DNA of 64,000 nt from Stegostoma tigrinum (lineage: Eukaryota), in contig NC_081354.1 of NCBI RefSeq assembly GCF_030684315.1, positions 168,954,745 to 169,018,744 on the forward strand, in the 5' to 3' direction. Below, piece by piece: positions 26,640 to 40,589 of this stretch. The stretch's first letter is position 1, and each line of letters starts with the position of its first letter. The notes beneath the pieces were generated by a model. That model had not been told where the DNA came from. It saw nothing but the letters and a program-made list of their open reading frames with translations, and did no database searches. Position numbers and translations under genes: made by a program.

Positions 26640-29430
26640 CACAATGCAAGAGGTCTGACTGGTAAGGACGATGAACTCAGGGCATGGATAGGTACGTGGA
26701 GCTGGGGTATTGTAGCCATTACAGAAACATGGCTAAAGGAGAGGTAGGATTGGCAAGTTAATGTGCCAGGGTACAGATGCTTTAGGAGGGATGGAGGTGG
26801 AGGAAAGGTGGGGATGAGTTGCATTTTCAATTAAGGGGAATACCACAGCAGTAGTCAGAAGTGAAATAACTGAGCAATCATCCAGTGAGGCTTTGAGGGT
26901 GGAGCTAAGAAATAAGAGGGGGATGGTGATGTTATTGGGATTGTACTATAGGCCCCCAAATAGTCAAGGGGAATTAGTAGAAAAAAATGCAGGGAGATTA
27001 TGGACACTTACAGGAGCAATAGGGTTGTCATAGTGGGGAATTTTAATTTTTCTAACATTGACTGGGGCTGTCAAAGTGTTAAGGGCTTAGATGGGGTGGA
27101 ATTTGTTAAATGTGATCAAGAAAGTTTCCTCAAGCAGTAAATAGAGGGTCCTACTTGAGAAGAGGCAAAACTCAACCTACTTTTGGGACATGGGGCAGCC
27201 CAAGTGACTGAGCAGACAGTGAGGTGCACTTTGGGACCAGTGGCCATAGTTCTATTAATTTTAAAACAGTTGTGGAGAAGGACAAAACTAGTCCACAGGT
27301 CCAAGTTCTAAATTGGGGCAAGACAAATTTTGATGGAATTAGACAGGAGCTCGCAGGTGTTGATTGGTGTAGTTTATTTACAGGCAAACCCTCTAGCAAG
27401 TGGGAAACCTTTAAAAGTGTCACAGCTAGAGTTCAAGGTCTGTATGTTCCTGTGGGGGTGAAGGGCAGGGAAGGCAAGTGTAGGGAACCCTGGATGATAA
27501 GAGATATTGAGATTTGGACCAGAAAAAAGGAGATACGTCTCAGGTACAGGTAGCTGGGTTCAAGAGAATCTCTAGAGGTATATGTAGTGGGTACAGGAGT
27601 TTACCAAAGAAGGAAATCAGGTGGGTGAAAAGGGGGCATGAGGTAGCTTTGGCTAAGAAGATTAGTGTGGATAAAAGAGATTATTTAAGTATATTAAAAG
27701 AAAAAGAATAACTAGAGAGAGAATAGGACCTCTCAAGGACAAAAGTGGACATGTGGAACTGCAGGAGATGAGCAAGGTCCTCAATGAATATTTTTCCTCT
27801 GTGTTTAGCATGGAGAAAGACATGAAGACTTGGGGAAGTTAGTGGCAATATCTTGGGGACAGTCCATATCACAGGAGAGGAAGTATTGGAAGTATTAGAA
27901 TGTATGAAGATGGATGACCAGACATATCTAAGAACCCTACAGGAGGCTAGAGAAGAAATTGCGCGGGCCCTGTATGATATATTTGCATCATAGTTAGCCC
28001 AGGGTGAGGTCCTGGACGACTGGAGGGTAGCAAATGTTGTGCTGTTAATCAAGAAGGTCTGCAAAGAAAACCCTGGAAATTATAGGCCAGTAAACTTAAC
28101 ATCTGTGATAGATAAGTTACTTGAGAAGATTCTGAGGGAGAAGATATACATGCATTTGGAAAGACAGGGTTTGATTGGGAGCAGTTAGCATAGCTTTGTG
28201 CATGGGAGATCATGCCTCATAAATTTGTGGGATTCTTTGATGAAGTAACCAGGAAGGTTGATGAGGGCAGGGCGATAGTCATGGTCTATATAGATTTCAG
28301 TAAGGCCTTTGATAAGGTGCCACACTGTAGGCTGCTCTCGAAGGTTAGATTGCATGGAATCCAGGGAGAGCTAGCAAATTGGATACACAGCTGGCTTGAT
28401 GGTTGGAAGCAGGGAGTAATAGTAGAAGAATGTTTGTCTGTCTGGAGGCCTGTGATTAGTGGTGTGCCTCAGGCGTCGGTGTTGGGCCCACTGCTGTTTG
28501 TTACCTAAAACAATGACTTGGATGAGAATGTATGAGGTGTGATTAGTAAGTTTGCCGATGATACTAACATAGGCAGTATCATGGACAGTGAGGAAGGTTA
28601 TCAGAAACTGCAGCAGGATCTTGATCAGCTGGGGAAGTGTGCCGAGAAATGGCAAATGGAGTTTAATATTGATAAGTGTGAGGTGTTGCATTTTGCAAAG
28701 TCACATCGCGATAGTAGTTTCACGGTGAATGGTGGGGCCTTAAGGAGTATAGTGGAATAGAGGGATCCTCAAGTTCAGGTGCACCATTCTCTGAAAGTGG
28801 AGTCACAGGTAGACAGGGCAGTGAAGAAGGCTTTTGGCACACTGTCCTTCATCAGTCAGGGCATCGAGTACAGAAGGTGGGAAGTTATATTCCAGTTGTA
28901 TGGGGCCTTGATGAGGTCTAACTTGGAGTATTGTGTTCATTTTTGATCACCTTGCTTTAGGAATGATGTTGTTAAACTAGAAAGCGTGCAGAAGAAATTT
29001 ACAAGGATGTTGCCGGGACTCAAGGTGATGAAGTTATAGGGAGAGATTGGACAAGATGGGACTTTTCTCTTTAGAGTGTAGGAGACTGAATGTGTACCTT
29101 ATACAAGTGTATAAGATCATGAGAGGCATGGATAGGGTGAATGCACAGGGTGAATCTTTTTCCCAGGGTTGGGCAATTGAAGACTAGCGAGCTTCGGTTT
29201 AAGGTAAGAGGGGAAAGAACACAAGGGAACCTGAGGGACAACTTTCTTATACAAATGGTGGTACGCATATGGCGGTTGAAGTGTGTACATTAATAAAAGG
29301 GAATATGGATGAATACATGGATAGGAAATGTTTAGAAGGATATGGGCCAAGTGTAGGGAAATGGGGTCAGCGTGGATGGATGTTTTGGTCAATGTGGACC
29401 AGTTTGGGCCAAAGGAACTGTCTCCATGTG
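26640..29430 (+). mobile_element. CR1 ORF2, nearly complete but inactivated
   Basis: APE (AITETWL, YYRPP) through RT (DFSKAFDKVPH, GVPQ.SVLGP, KFADDT) to the 3' UTR, with many stops. Confidence 0.92.
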
Positions 29431-29519
29431 ATTTTAGGTCTGATTACTTAAACCTTGGTCAGAGGTGCAGGCTGCAAGGTATGTCTTAAAAGTGGAAAGC
29501 AAGGGCTTAGTCTGAGACC

Positions 29520-30320
29520 TTGAAAATTGAAATAGAGTGCGATGTGGGAAAGAGTGAAGTTGTCAATTGTGAATTTAAAAAAGCACATTATCTAAACAGT
29601 GTGAAGTCATAGAGCTCTGAGATGCAGAGAGGTCTGGGTGCCCTCCCACATGAATTGCAGAAGGTAATGTTGCAGGTAGAACAAGGAATTGTGAAAGCTG
29701 ATAGAATGCTATGTTTTATTATGAGCAGAATTAGATGAAAGAGTGGAGAGATTATGCTTAGGTTATACAGGGCATTGTTGAGACTACGTACAGTATTGTG
29801 TACAGTACTAGTCATCGATCATCTGGAACAATGTTAATGCAGTGGAAGCAGTTCAGAAAAGGTTTACTGGACTAATACCTGGAATGGGTGTGTTACCTTA
29901 TGAAGAAAGGCTAGATGGGCTAGATCTCCACTCTCTAGAGTTTACGTGACATAACTTGAAACATATAAGATCCTGAGATGACTTAACTGGCTGAATGTTG
30001 AAAGGAAACTTGTGAGAGAATCCAGAACTCACAGTCAAACTAGTTTAGAAATAAGGAAAATGAAGATGAGGCTTCTTTCTCCCTCTCTCATAAAGTTAAG
30101 AGTGTTTGGAATTCTTTTCTTCAAAAGGCAATGTTTTAGAATATTTAAGCATTGTTAAGCTAGAGGTAGATAGATTCTTGATTACCAAGGGAGTGAAAAA
30201 TTATCAGAGATATTCAGGAATGTAGAGTTAAGGTTAAAGTCAAATCAACCATCATCTTAGCAAATGGTAGGCTTGAGGGGCTGACTGGACCACTCTTGCC
30301 CCTTTCACTCCTATGTTTGT
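29520..30320 (+). mobile_element. Old CR1 3' fragment
   Basis: Degenerate ORF2 end and UTR. Confidence 0.75.
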
Positions 30321-32146
30321 ATTGAAGCCCTGGCTATCAATGCCACAGCAACTAAAATCGGGGTGTATAAGAGCCTGGAATTAGAGCAAGACAGATATCT
30401 TGGAGCCTGTGGAGCAAATGAAGTGTGGTGGGGTCGAATAAAGCAATGACACAGATGTGCAAACAGACTATAATAGCAGCAGTGCATATATTTGAAAGAT
30501 CAGGCAAGATAATTAAAGATGAGGAAATGTCAGGGTGACTTCTGAACAACCTGCCTCTGCAATTTGGTTAAAGAAGTTTGACAATTTGTTTAGTTTTAGG
30601 TAATGTATAAATTAGTTTTACTCTTTCATGGGATTGGGTATTTGTTATCCTAACTGTCCTTGCACTGAGAACTTTGCTAGGACATTGCAGAGGGCAATTA
30701 GGAGTTTACAACTGGTTGACACGTCTAGGGGTCTGTTGATATATATAAGAACAACAGATTTCCTTCCGTAAAGGGTGGTAGCAGAGCAAGTTTTTTTTCA
30801 TACAGCTGTCATGCTCACCATTTCTCAGACCATATTCCAGACTAATTACTCAAATTAATTCGTTAATTGAATTTAAATTCAAGCAGCTGTAATTCCAGCA
30901 CTATATATCACCTTCTTTGGTAAGCTTTAACAGAAGTAATGTCACAGAATGTTTCAACATAAAATCACAGCATTCATGTGGTGAGGTGATGGTGGTATCA
31001 CTGGATGACCAACTCAGTAAACTATGGCCAATGGTTTGAAGACATGGTGTTAACAGAGTCAGTGTAATGATGACTATGTAACTACTATCAATTGTCATTA
31101 AATGTTAAAAAGAAAAGCTGGCTCACTAAAACTCTTTAGGGATCACCCTCACCTGCTCTGGCCTATATGTGATGGCAGATTCACGGCAATGTGGTTGACT
31201 CTTAACTGCCCTCAAGGTAATTAGGAATGAGCAATAAATACTGGCTTAGCCAGTGATGCTCTCATCCCGTGAATGAATTTTATTTTTAAAAATTGCAATA
31301 GTACAGGAATTGTAGCAGCCATTCAGCCATCATGTCTGCACCTGCTTTCCGAGCATTTTAACTTAATGCTAATCTCTTGACTTCTGATAATAAAATTTTG
31401 CAGGCCCATTGTGTCTCTTAAACGCAACTTTTCTAATCCTACCTTGTATCTAAAATCCCTCATTCCTGGTATCATTCTAGTATATCTCCTTTGTACTCTG
31501 TCCAGGGCTTTAACATCCTTCCCTAAATAAGGTGCTCAGAACTAAACACAATTCTCTCAATGTGGTCCAACCAATGATTTGCTTTTATACACTATGACTC
31601 TATTTATAAACCGCGCACTTTGCTTCTATTTCGACAATCACCCAACACTCTGTTGAATTGATATTGCCTGCACCATTCTTCCAGGCAATGCATTCTAAAT
31701 ATAAACTATTTGCTGTATTAAAAATATATTTTCCTCACCTCATATTTGCTTCTTTTTCAAAACATTTAAAACTATGCTGTCTGGTTCTTAATTCCTTTAT
31801 GATTGGAAATAGTTTCTCCCTACTCACTCTGCCCAGACCCCTCTTGATTTTACAACTTCTTTCAAGTCTTTTAGCCTTCTCCTATCCAAAGAAAATAGTC
31901 TCCATCTCTTCAATCTTTCCTTGTAACTCATCCCTGAAATCATTATTGTAAACCTCTTCTGCACTTTGTTCAATGTGTTCACTTTTCCTATAGCAGGGCA
32001 CCCAGAGCTGTGTGCAATATGTTTGAGCTGAAATTCTAAGAAAATCTACAAGAAAGTCTGGAATGTCCATGCAGCACGTCAAAGTTTCAAAGCTGACCCA
32101 AAACCATTGACACAAGCTTGAGACTGAGGACACACAAATAACAATT

Positions 32147-32848
32147 CATAGAACATTACAGCACAGTACAGGCCCTTCGGCCCTCGATGTTGTGCTGACC
32201 TGTCATACCGATCTCAAGCCACTATTCCATGTACGTCCACATGCTTATCCAATGACGACTTAAATGTACTTAAAGTTGGTGAATCTACTACCGTTGCAGG
32301 CAAAGTGTTCCATTCCCTTACTACTCTCTGAGTAAAGAAACTACCTCTGACATCTGTCCTATATCTTTCACCCCTCAATTTAAAGCTATGCCCCCTCGTG
32401 CTAGCCGTCACCATTCTAGGAAAAAGGCTCTCCCTATCCACCCTATCTAACCCTCTGATTATTTTATATGTCTCAATTAAGTCACCTCTCAACCTTCTTC
32501 TCTCTAATGAAAACAGCCTCAAGTCCCTCAGCCTTTCCTCGTAAGACCTTCCCTCCATACCAGGCAACATCCTAGTAAATCTCCTCTGCACCCTTTCCAA
32601 AGCTTCCACATCCTTCTTGTAATGCGGTGACCAGAACTGTACACAATACTCCAAGTGCGGCCGCACCAGAATTTTGTACAGCTGCAGCATAACCTCTTGG
32701 TTCCGGAACTCGATCCTTCTATTAATAAAAGCTAAAACACTGTATGCCTTCTTAACAGCCCTGTCAACCTGGGTGGCAACTTTCAAGGATCTGCGTACAT
32801 GGACACCGAGATCTCTCTGCTCATCTACACTACTAAAAATCTTACCAA
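32147..32848 (-). mobile_element. Young CR1 3' fragment
   Basis: Uninterrupted ORF 32214-32786 encoding the CR1 ORF2 C-terminus. Confidence 0.93.
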
Positions 32849-33779
32849 TCTAGTTTCTTTGGCACTAGGCAGGTTAACTATTGCTCACAGTCTTGAAGGG
32901 AATGTGTAATAAGATTGGGGCCATATTTGTCAAGATATTAAAATGTTTAGGTTAACATGTTATGATCCTGATGTACTCCATGACGATATGTATCAAGACT
33001 GGGATATCATCCAAGCTTGGGCTGATAAATAGCAAGTTAAATCTGAGCCACACAAATGCCAATAATGACCATTTGGAACAAGTGAGAATCTAACCATTTC
33101 CTTTTGGCATTCAATGGCATATCATCATTAAATCTTCTCCTAACAACATCAGGGCTAGCGTAGAAATTGACATCTCAAGGTCAATTTCGTTCAATTCCCA
33201 CACTAGCTGAGGTTGCCATCAAAGTCTTTTTCTTAGCCTCGCCCTTGCCTGAGGATGTGGTGACCCTCAGCTTCAACCACCACTAGTCATCTCTCTCTAA
33301 TGGGACAGCAACTCAATGGACGATTAGGATTCTGGTGAGCTTTCCTCTACCTTTTAGTTTAGTTATGATCACACAGTACACTTATTGATTAATTTACTAT
33401 TATATTATTCCACTTTAACAGTGAGCTACATAGATTTTAGTAGATTACGACATTGGGATTCTTTTTAGCTTCACTTGACAAGAAAAGGTATCACAGGATT
33501 GAAAACAGAATAAAGGTAACATATTAGAGTTTTAGAGTTAAAGGATAAATACCACAAACCCCTATTTATCTCCTTTCCATTTCGCTGAGTCAGATTGCAA
33601 GAAGGTGCCATCTTTAAACATTAATAAAGTGAGTTTAAATCCTCCAACCTCATTAAATCATTATCATGAAAGATTTGGTGTTATCAACAAGAAAGGTTCA
33701 CTGGCAGTTACTGCAGAAAGGGAAAATAACAAGAGCTGTGCTCTACACAGGATATGTTTTAATGTTTCCTAACACTATT

Positions 33780-35440
33780 TCCTTGTGGTCGGCCACGTCC
33801 CTTAAACATCTTTGCTAAACAAATATTAATCAATTTCTGATTTAAAATTAACAACTGATGCAGCATGTACTGCTGTGTGTGGAAGAAAGCTGCAAGCATC
33901 CACTACTCTTTGCGTGTAGGAAGTGCATCATAACATCACTCCTGAGTGGTGTGACTAGTTCTCAGACTGTGCCCTTTAGTCCTGGCATCCCCAACGAGTG
34001 GAAAGAATTTATCATCATCTACCCTGTCTTTTCCTGTTAATATTTTGAAGACTTTGATCAGATTATTATTGCACTTTCTAAATTCTACAGAAATTTAGCT
34101 TAATTTATGTAATCTCTCCTCATAAATCAGCTCTTGCAGTCCATGTATCTAGTCATACTCCCCCCAAGGCCAATATATCCTTTCAAATGTGTGGTGCCCA
34201 GATCTGCTCACAGTTTTCTAGGTGGGGTATAACATGGGCTTTGTATAGCTGCAGCATAACTTCCACATCCTTATACACCAATCTTCGGGATATAAAAACC
34301 AGCATTCTATTAGCCTTCTTGATTCTTTTTTCTGCCTTTATCTATGACAATTTAAAGATCTATGCACCTGAGCACCCACACCTGTTTGGAAACCCACTAT
34401 GTTTAATAATATATCTTTAGAAAAGATCTAATCCATCTTTTCTTGGTCCAAGATGGATAACCTCACACTTGTTTACTTTGAATGCCTTCTGCCACAGTTT
34501 TGCCTATTCACCTGGTCAATCAATATCCTGTTGTAATTTTATGCTATCATCTACATTGCCCAAAATGTCACCTAACTTTTTGTAATCAGCAAATTTGGAT
34601 ATATGACTTCTATGCCATTATCCAAGTCATCTATAAATAATGTGGGTAACTGAGGCCCTAACAAAGATCCTTGTGGGACAGCACTGGTCACATCCTGCCA
34701 ACTTGAGCATCCAACATTATCCCTCCTTTATATTGCCTGCCACTCAATCAGCCTTGTCTGTAATTTGCCCTCAATTCTTCAGGCTTCTAATTAACACACT
34801 CTCAAGTGGGAATTTATCCAATGCCTTTCAGAAGTCCAAATAAATAACATTCATAGACATTGTCCAGTCCACTATCTTAAGACCTCTCCAACAAATTTCA
34901 TGAGGTTCATTAGTCATGGCGTACTTGTCATGAATCTATGCTGGTTCTTCCTGATTAACCGAAAATTTGAGATGTGTTCAGTTACTCCACCCTTGATCCT
35001 GGACTCCAGAAATTTCCAGATCACAGATGTTAGACTAACGTGTCTGTAAATCCCTGGTTTCCCTCTTTCATCCTTCCTGAAAAGTGCCATGACATGTGCA
35101 ATTTTCCAAACCAGAGGGACAATGCCTGTGTCTGGAGAACGCTGCAAGATTATAGTTAGGGCAGCCACAATATGCTCCCCTACATCCTCTAATGCCATTA
35201 GATGGAAATTTTCAGGTCCTGGGAAGTTATATTACCTTTAGTTCTATTAACATTCACATTATCAATGCTTCACGTATGTTAATTTCATTCAGTCCCTGTC
35301 CCCAATCCACTATTAATTTCCTCAGGACTTACAGCAAGCTATCCTCTCTTTGTGACTTACAGCAAGCTATCCTCTCTTTCTACTGTAAATACTGAGGCAA
35401 AGTAATTACTCAACATGTTTGCCATTTCCCAATAGTCATT
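33780..35440 (-). mobile_element. Old CR1 RT fragment
   Basis: WKIAHV.ALF.K..PG.YR.VSLTS motif at 34914-35198. Confidence 0.8.
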
Positions 35441-35442
35441 GA

Positions 35443-36760
35443 TGATAACAAGGTGTAGAGCTGGAGGAACACAGCAGGCCAAGCAGGATCATAGGAGCAG
35501 GAAAGCTGATGTTTCGGGCCTGGATCCTTCTTCAGAAAGGGGGGAGGGGAAGTAAGTTCTGAAATAAATAGGGAGAGAGGGAGAAGAGGGTAGAGGAGAA
35601 GATAGGTGGAGAGGAGACAGACAGGTCAAAGAGGTAGGGATGGAGCCAGTAAAGGTGAGTGTAGGTGAGGAGGTAGGCAGGAGTTAGGTCAATCCAGGGA
35701 GGATGGACAGGTCAAGGGGGTGGGATGAGGTTCGTAGGTAGGAGATAGGGGTGGGGCTTTAGGTTGGAGGAGGAGACAGGTGGGAGGAAGGACAGGTTAG
35801 GGAGGCGGGGACAAGCTGGGCTGGTTTTGGGATGCGTTGGGGGGAAGGGAGATTTTAAAGCTTGTAAAGCCACTCCACACTCTTCTCCAGCCCCACCACA
35901 CCCGGCACTTTTCCCTGCAACTCCAGGAAGTGCTACGCCTCCTCCCTCACCCCCATCCCAGGCCCCAAGAAGACTTTCCACATCAAGCAGATGTTCACCT
36001 GCACATCTGCTAATGTGGTATACTGCATCCACTGTTCCCGTTGTGGCCTCCTCTACATTGGGGAGACCAAGCAGAGGCTTGGGGACCGCTTTGCAGAACA
36101 CCTCCGCTCGGTTCGCACTAAACAACTGCAACTTCCAGTCGTGAACAATTTCAACTCCCCCTCCCAGTCCGCAGACAACATGTCCATCCTGGGCCTCCTG
36201 CAGTGCCACAACGATGCTACCCGAGGGTTGCAGGAACAGCAACTCATATTCCGCTTGGGAACCCTGCAGCCCAATGATATCAATGTGGATTTCACCAGCT
36301 TCAAAATATCCCCTCCCTCTACCACATCCCAAACCAGCTCAGCTCGTCCCCTGCCTCCCTAACCTGTCCTTCCTCCCACCTATCCCCTCCTCCCATCTCA
36401 AGCCCCAGCCCCATCTCCTACCTACTAACCTCATCCCGCCCCCTTGACCTGTCCGTCCTCCCTGGACTGATCTAACTCCTCCCCACCTCCCCACCTATAC
36501 TCATCTTTACTGGCTCCATCCCTGCCTCTTTGACCGGTCTGTCTCCTCTCCACCTATCTTCTCCTCCATTCATCTTCTATCCACTTCACCCTCTCTCCCT
36601 AATTATTTCAGAACCTTCTTCCTCTCTCCCATTTCTGAAAAAGGGTCTAGGCCCAAAACGTCAGCTTTTGTGCTCCTGAGATGCTGCTGGGCCTGCTGTG
36701 TTCATCCAGCCTCACATTTTATTATCTTGGATTCTCCAGCATCTGCAGTTCCCATTATCA
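35443..36760 (+). mobile_element. Penelope-like element, fold-back (inverted 3' end plus GIY-YIG fragment)
   Basis: ORF 35991-36362 encodes GIY-YIG. 35443-35870 is an inverted copy of the 3' region. Confidence 0.88.
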
Positions 36761-37074
36761 GTGAATATCTGTGACCTTCTTTACCACTGGGGGCTGTTGA
36801 GGGTCTATATTACCTAAATCCAAGGCTGAGACAGACAGCTTTTTAATCAATGAAGGAATCAAGGGTTATCAGTAAAAGGCAGAAAAATAGAGTTGAGGAT
36901 TATCAGACCAGCCATGATCTTATTGAATAACATAGCAGACTAAATGGAACAAATGCCAGGACTGAATGTCCTGACTGTTCCTGCACCTTATGATCCTCAA
37001 GCCATTAAATAACTTGTAAGGAGACTTGAAATGACCTCAGAATACACTTAAGTACAATATAAACAACAGTGGGG

Positions 37075-37408
37075 TTGAGCAGTGGCTCAGCGGTTAGCAC
37101 TGCTACCTCACAGCACCAGGGAGTAAGGTTCAATTCCAGCCTTGGGTGACTGTCTGTGTGAAGTTTTGCATGTTCTTCCTGTGTCCATGTGGGTTTCCTC
37201 TGAGTGCTCGGTTTCCTCCCATAATCCAAAGGTGTGCAAGTTAGGTGGATTGGCCATGCTAAATTTTCCATAGTGTCCAGGGATGTGTAGGTTTGGTGCC
37301 TTAGCCGTAGGATAGGGTAGGGAGAAAGGTCTGGGTTGGATGCCCTTCAGAAGGTATGTGTGGACTTGCTGGGCTGAATGGCCTGTCCCCACATTGTGGG
37401 GAATCTAT
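37075..37408 (+). mobile_element. HE1-like SINE
   Basis: AGTGGCTCAGCGG..GGTTCAATTCC head, V-SINE core, CR1-like tail. Confidence 0.85.
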
Positions 37409-40400
37409 GAACTATTTGCTTTACTGCACTATTTGCCCATTTTAACAAAGCACAAATGCAGTCTTGGTAATATTGTTTGTAGTTGTGAGAAAAATATAAC
37501 TTTCAATATCCAAATCCAGAAAATATAGAAACAAAATTCAATGGGTTGACAAGAAGGGTCTAGGCCCGAAACGTCAGCTTTCCTGCTCCTCTGATGCTGC
37601 TTGGCCTGCTGTGTTCATCCAGCTCTACACCTTGTTATCTCAGATGTTCCAGCATCTGCAGTTCCTATTATCTCTGAATCAATGAATAGACCATGTAGTT
37701 CGTAACTATAATAGCTCAGGTTTCAGTTTCAGTAATTATTTCTTTTGGCCGCCTCCTTTTTTATGATCGTAGAAATTCTCAAAAATAATGTTTTCCAGAT
37801 CTTTGTATTAGTCAAAATATTTTTTGTTTTCTAGAGTATTTTATTATTTGAACTGTTCATATATATGATAGTGAAATTAATATGTTATTTGGCAAAATAC
37901 TTTATACGAAAATGATGCATAATGCAACATTTATTTTCAAATTACAAACCCAACACAGAAATACCTTCAATGCTCTGTAGTGAAATGTTGTCTGGTTTAA
38001 GTGATAAGCAGGGTAGTAAAGCATTTAACTGTATTTAGTTCCAGTAAAACTTGTGAGACCTTTAACAGGTATTCTCAGTTCCTATACTCTCTTTCATTGG
38101 GATTTAGCACATTGACTGGCTCAATCATTAAAGAGAGCAATTAAATAATTGTAAGAAATGTTGGAAGCTTCGTAACACCTTTTAGATTTCTGTTCTCAAT
38201 TTTACATTGAGGTTACAAGTCATTTCGAGAATGTGGGCCTGATTATTACTGATTTTACTCAACTGCAATCTTATTTCATGATCAAAAATATTATAATTTC
38301 CAGAAGATAGCTGACATGCTAACATTAAAAAAAATCCATTTTACATATTATTTAAAATTGACAAAGGATGTATTTTCCCTCAAGAAATCATCAGCTATTT
38401 GTTTAAAGTATTGCTATCAATTATATGGAAACAATGAATATTTTAGTGTTATATTCATTACAGAATCAAGGAATGTGATGCAAAACCAATGTTTAATTGA
38501 TTCAGAAACAAGGGTCATTATATTAGCATGTGTGTATTGGTCAACTAAAACTCACCATGTAGTGTGATACAAGTTTTGAGAAACACTACATAATACTAAT
38601 TTATGTAAACACGTTAGAGATTAATATTTTGTGATTGCTGTCATTGTTTTAAACTATACGTCATCCTTAAGTCACTGGCAGCACTCTGCTTTAATTGAAC
38701 CCGTTCTACACAAGATATATGAGTTCTTCTGTACATGGTGTAAATTCCATGGTTGATGTAACCAAGCAAGTGAGATTACTTATGTACCTAATGTAGAAAA
38801 TTGTGTCAGACTGGATCCCATCATGACAATGAAATAATTATCTTTACAACGCTTTTCAAAGTCAGATGTCAACAAAACAAAAGCCAATCTTTTCAAAGTG
38901 CCTGCTACCTCAATGATGGAAAACTCCATATAATACTTGGATTACAGAGTACGTTATCACATCAGAACATCTCAAGACAATCCTTACAATTAACTATCAT
39001 TTTGAAGTGACTGCGCTGTGACATACACGACCAACTGTATTAAGTAGATACAAAGTAAGCACTGAGAGATAAGTTTAACGCTGCTTTCTGTCGCAAAATT
39101 ATGCATTTTTTTGCAGGCTGGCATTTTATAGAAGGCTTGTATTTTACAACTGTCTACTTTACAACAAAATCAGTTAATGGAAAGAAAATGCTACCATTCA
39201 GAGAGCAACTGTTTTAACTGCCAGCTTTTGTAATAGTAAGAATCAAAGCAAAATGGTAGAAAAGAGAATGGAGGAAAACAGAATGAATAAAAAGGGCAAA
39301 CAAAAGCAGAAAGACGTTAAAATAGAATTTTAAACAAAAACAAAATTGGTGCACTGTGTTTCCTTTGGTAGTTTGAGATTACTGTTGCAGTAATAATTCT
39401 ATGTGTGATATGTTATATGGACTATGTTATAATTAAACAAATATGAACACATACCTAAAATACTTTAAGTACACTTGTCGTGCTTTTTACCCTCACACAG
39501 AATAGCTATCTGTTTCTCATTTCGTGGTGATTAAGAAACAAAATGAAAGCTACTTTCATTAATCCCAGAAAATCAGAAAAAATAAGAAGGTAGTGGCCGT
39601 AATTATGTTGGCCTGTTGATCTCAGGCAGTACAGTCATAGAATCACAGAGCTGTACAGCATGGAAACAGATGCTTCGGTCCAACTCGTCCACACCGACTA
39701 GGTATCCTAAAGTAATCTAGTCTCATTTTCCAGCATTTGGCCCAAATCCCTTAAACCCTTCCTATTCATTTTATAGTGTTTACAATCTGTAGAAACATAT
39801 TTAGAGCATAGAATCACTGAAAATTCTGAGTAGGAAAAAACCATGAAATGCAGGGTTCCTCTGCTAAAACTGGGTCCTGAAATTGCTTTTAACTACTTTT
39901 CTTTCATAATCAACAAAATACTATATATATATTTGCTATAAATGTTGTGTTTGCGCTCTCTGTAGAGGATGACATATTAAGGTTTTAAATATTAATAATT
40001 CCATTTCCTTTATTGGTATTTGCTGTCACCCAGAAATGAAATATAAGCAACTGAAAATAATTATGAGTGAGTTCCAGAAATTCTTACGTCACCACTGTCG
40101 CTCCCATTAGAAAGACATCTCTTGCATTAGTGGGTTTCAGTGCTCATAAAATGATACATTTTGACAATGAACCGTCAATATAATGAATATTAAGAAAAAC
40201 TCTGGCATTTCTCCTACCTAACCTGCTATACTAGTGCAGATTTTATTCTATTTAACTTAGTTTCTGGTGATAACAATAATGTTTAGGGTTTTATTAATGC
40301 TATCAAACTCCACCATAAGAGTGATTAGCTCCCTACAATTTGATTTGAATGAATAAAGTCAGAGCCCAGAGTGTAATGTGAAAGACTAGAAGAGAATGTA

Positions 40401-40413
40401 GCCTGGATATTTT

Positions 40414-40438
40414 TTATAGATGGCAGGCATGGTGAAAC
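40414..40438 (-). CDS. CD8B: Probable CD8B terminal coding exon ((R)FHHACHL*)
   Basis: Acceptor tcctgtccatttgtag in phase 2 gives FRKR-FHH, paralleling mammalian FMKQ-FYK/FHK. It is followed by AT-rich unique DNA with minus-strand AATAAA near 40290, 40242 and 40009. Confidence 0.45.
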
Positions 40439-40589
40439 CTACAAATGGACAGGATTCATTCTTCTTCTGACAGAAACAATAGCTTACAAAAATAACACTC
40501 TGTGGACTATACTCACTACTCCTCATGACTAAGATATTAACTATTACCTTCAGGAAATAAATAGTGGAATGAGAACATGTGAACAAGGG

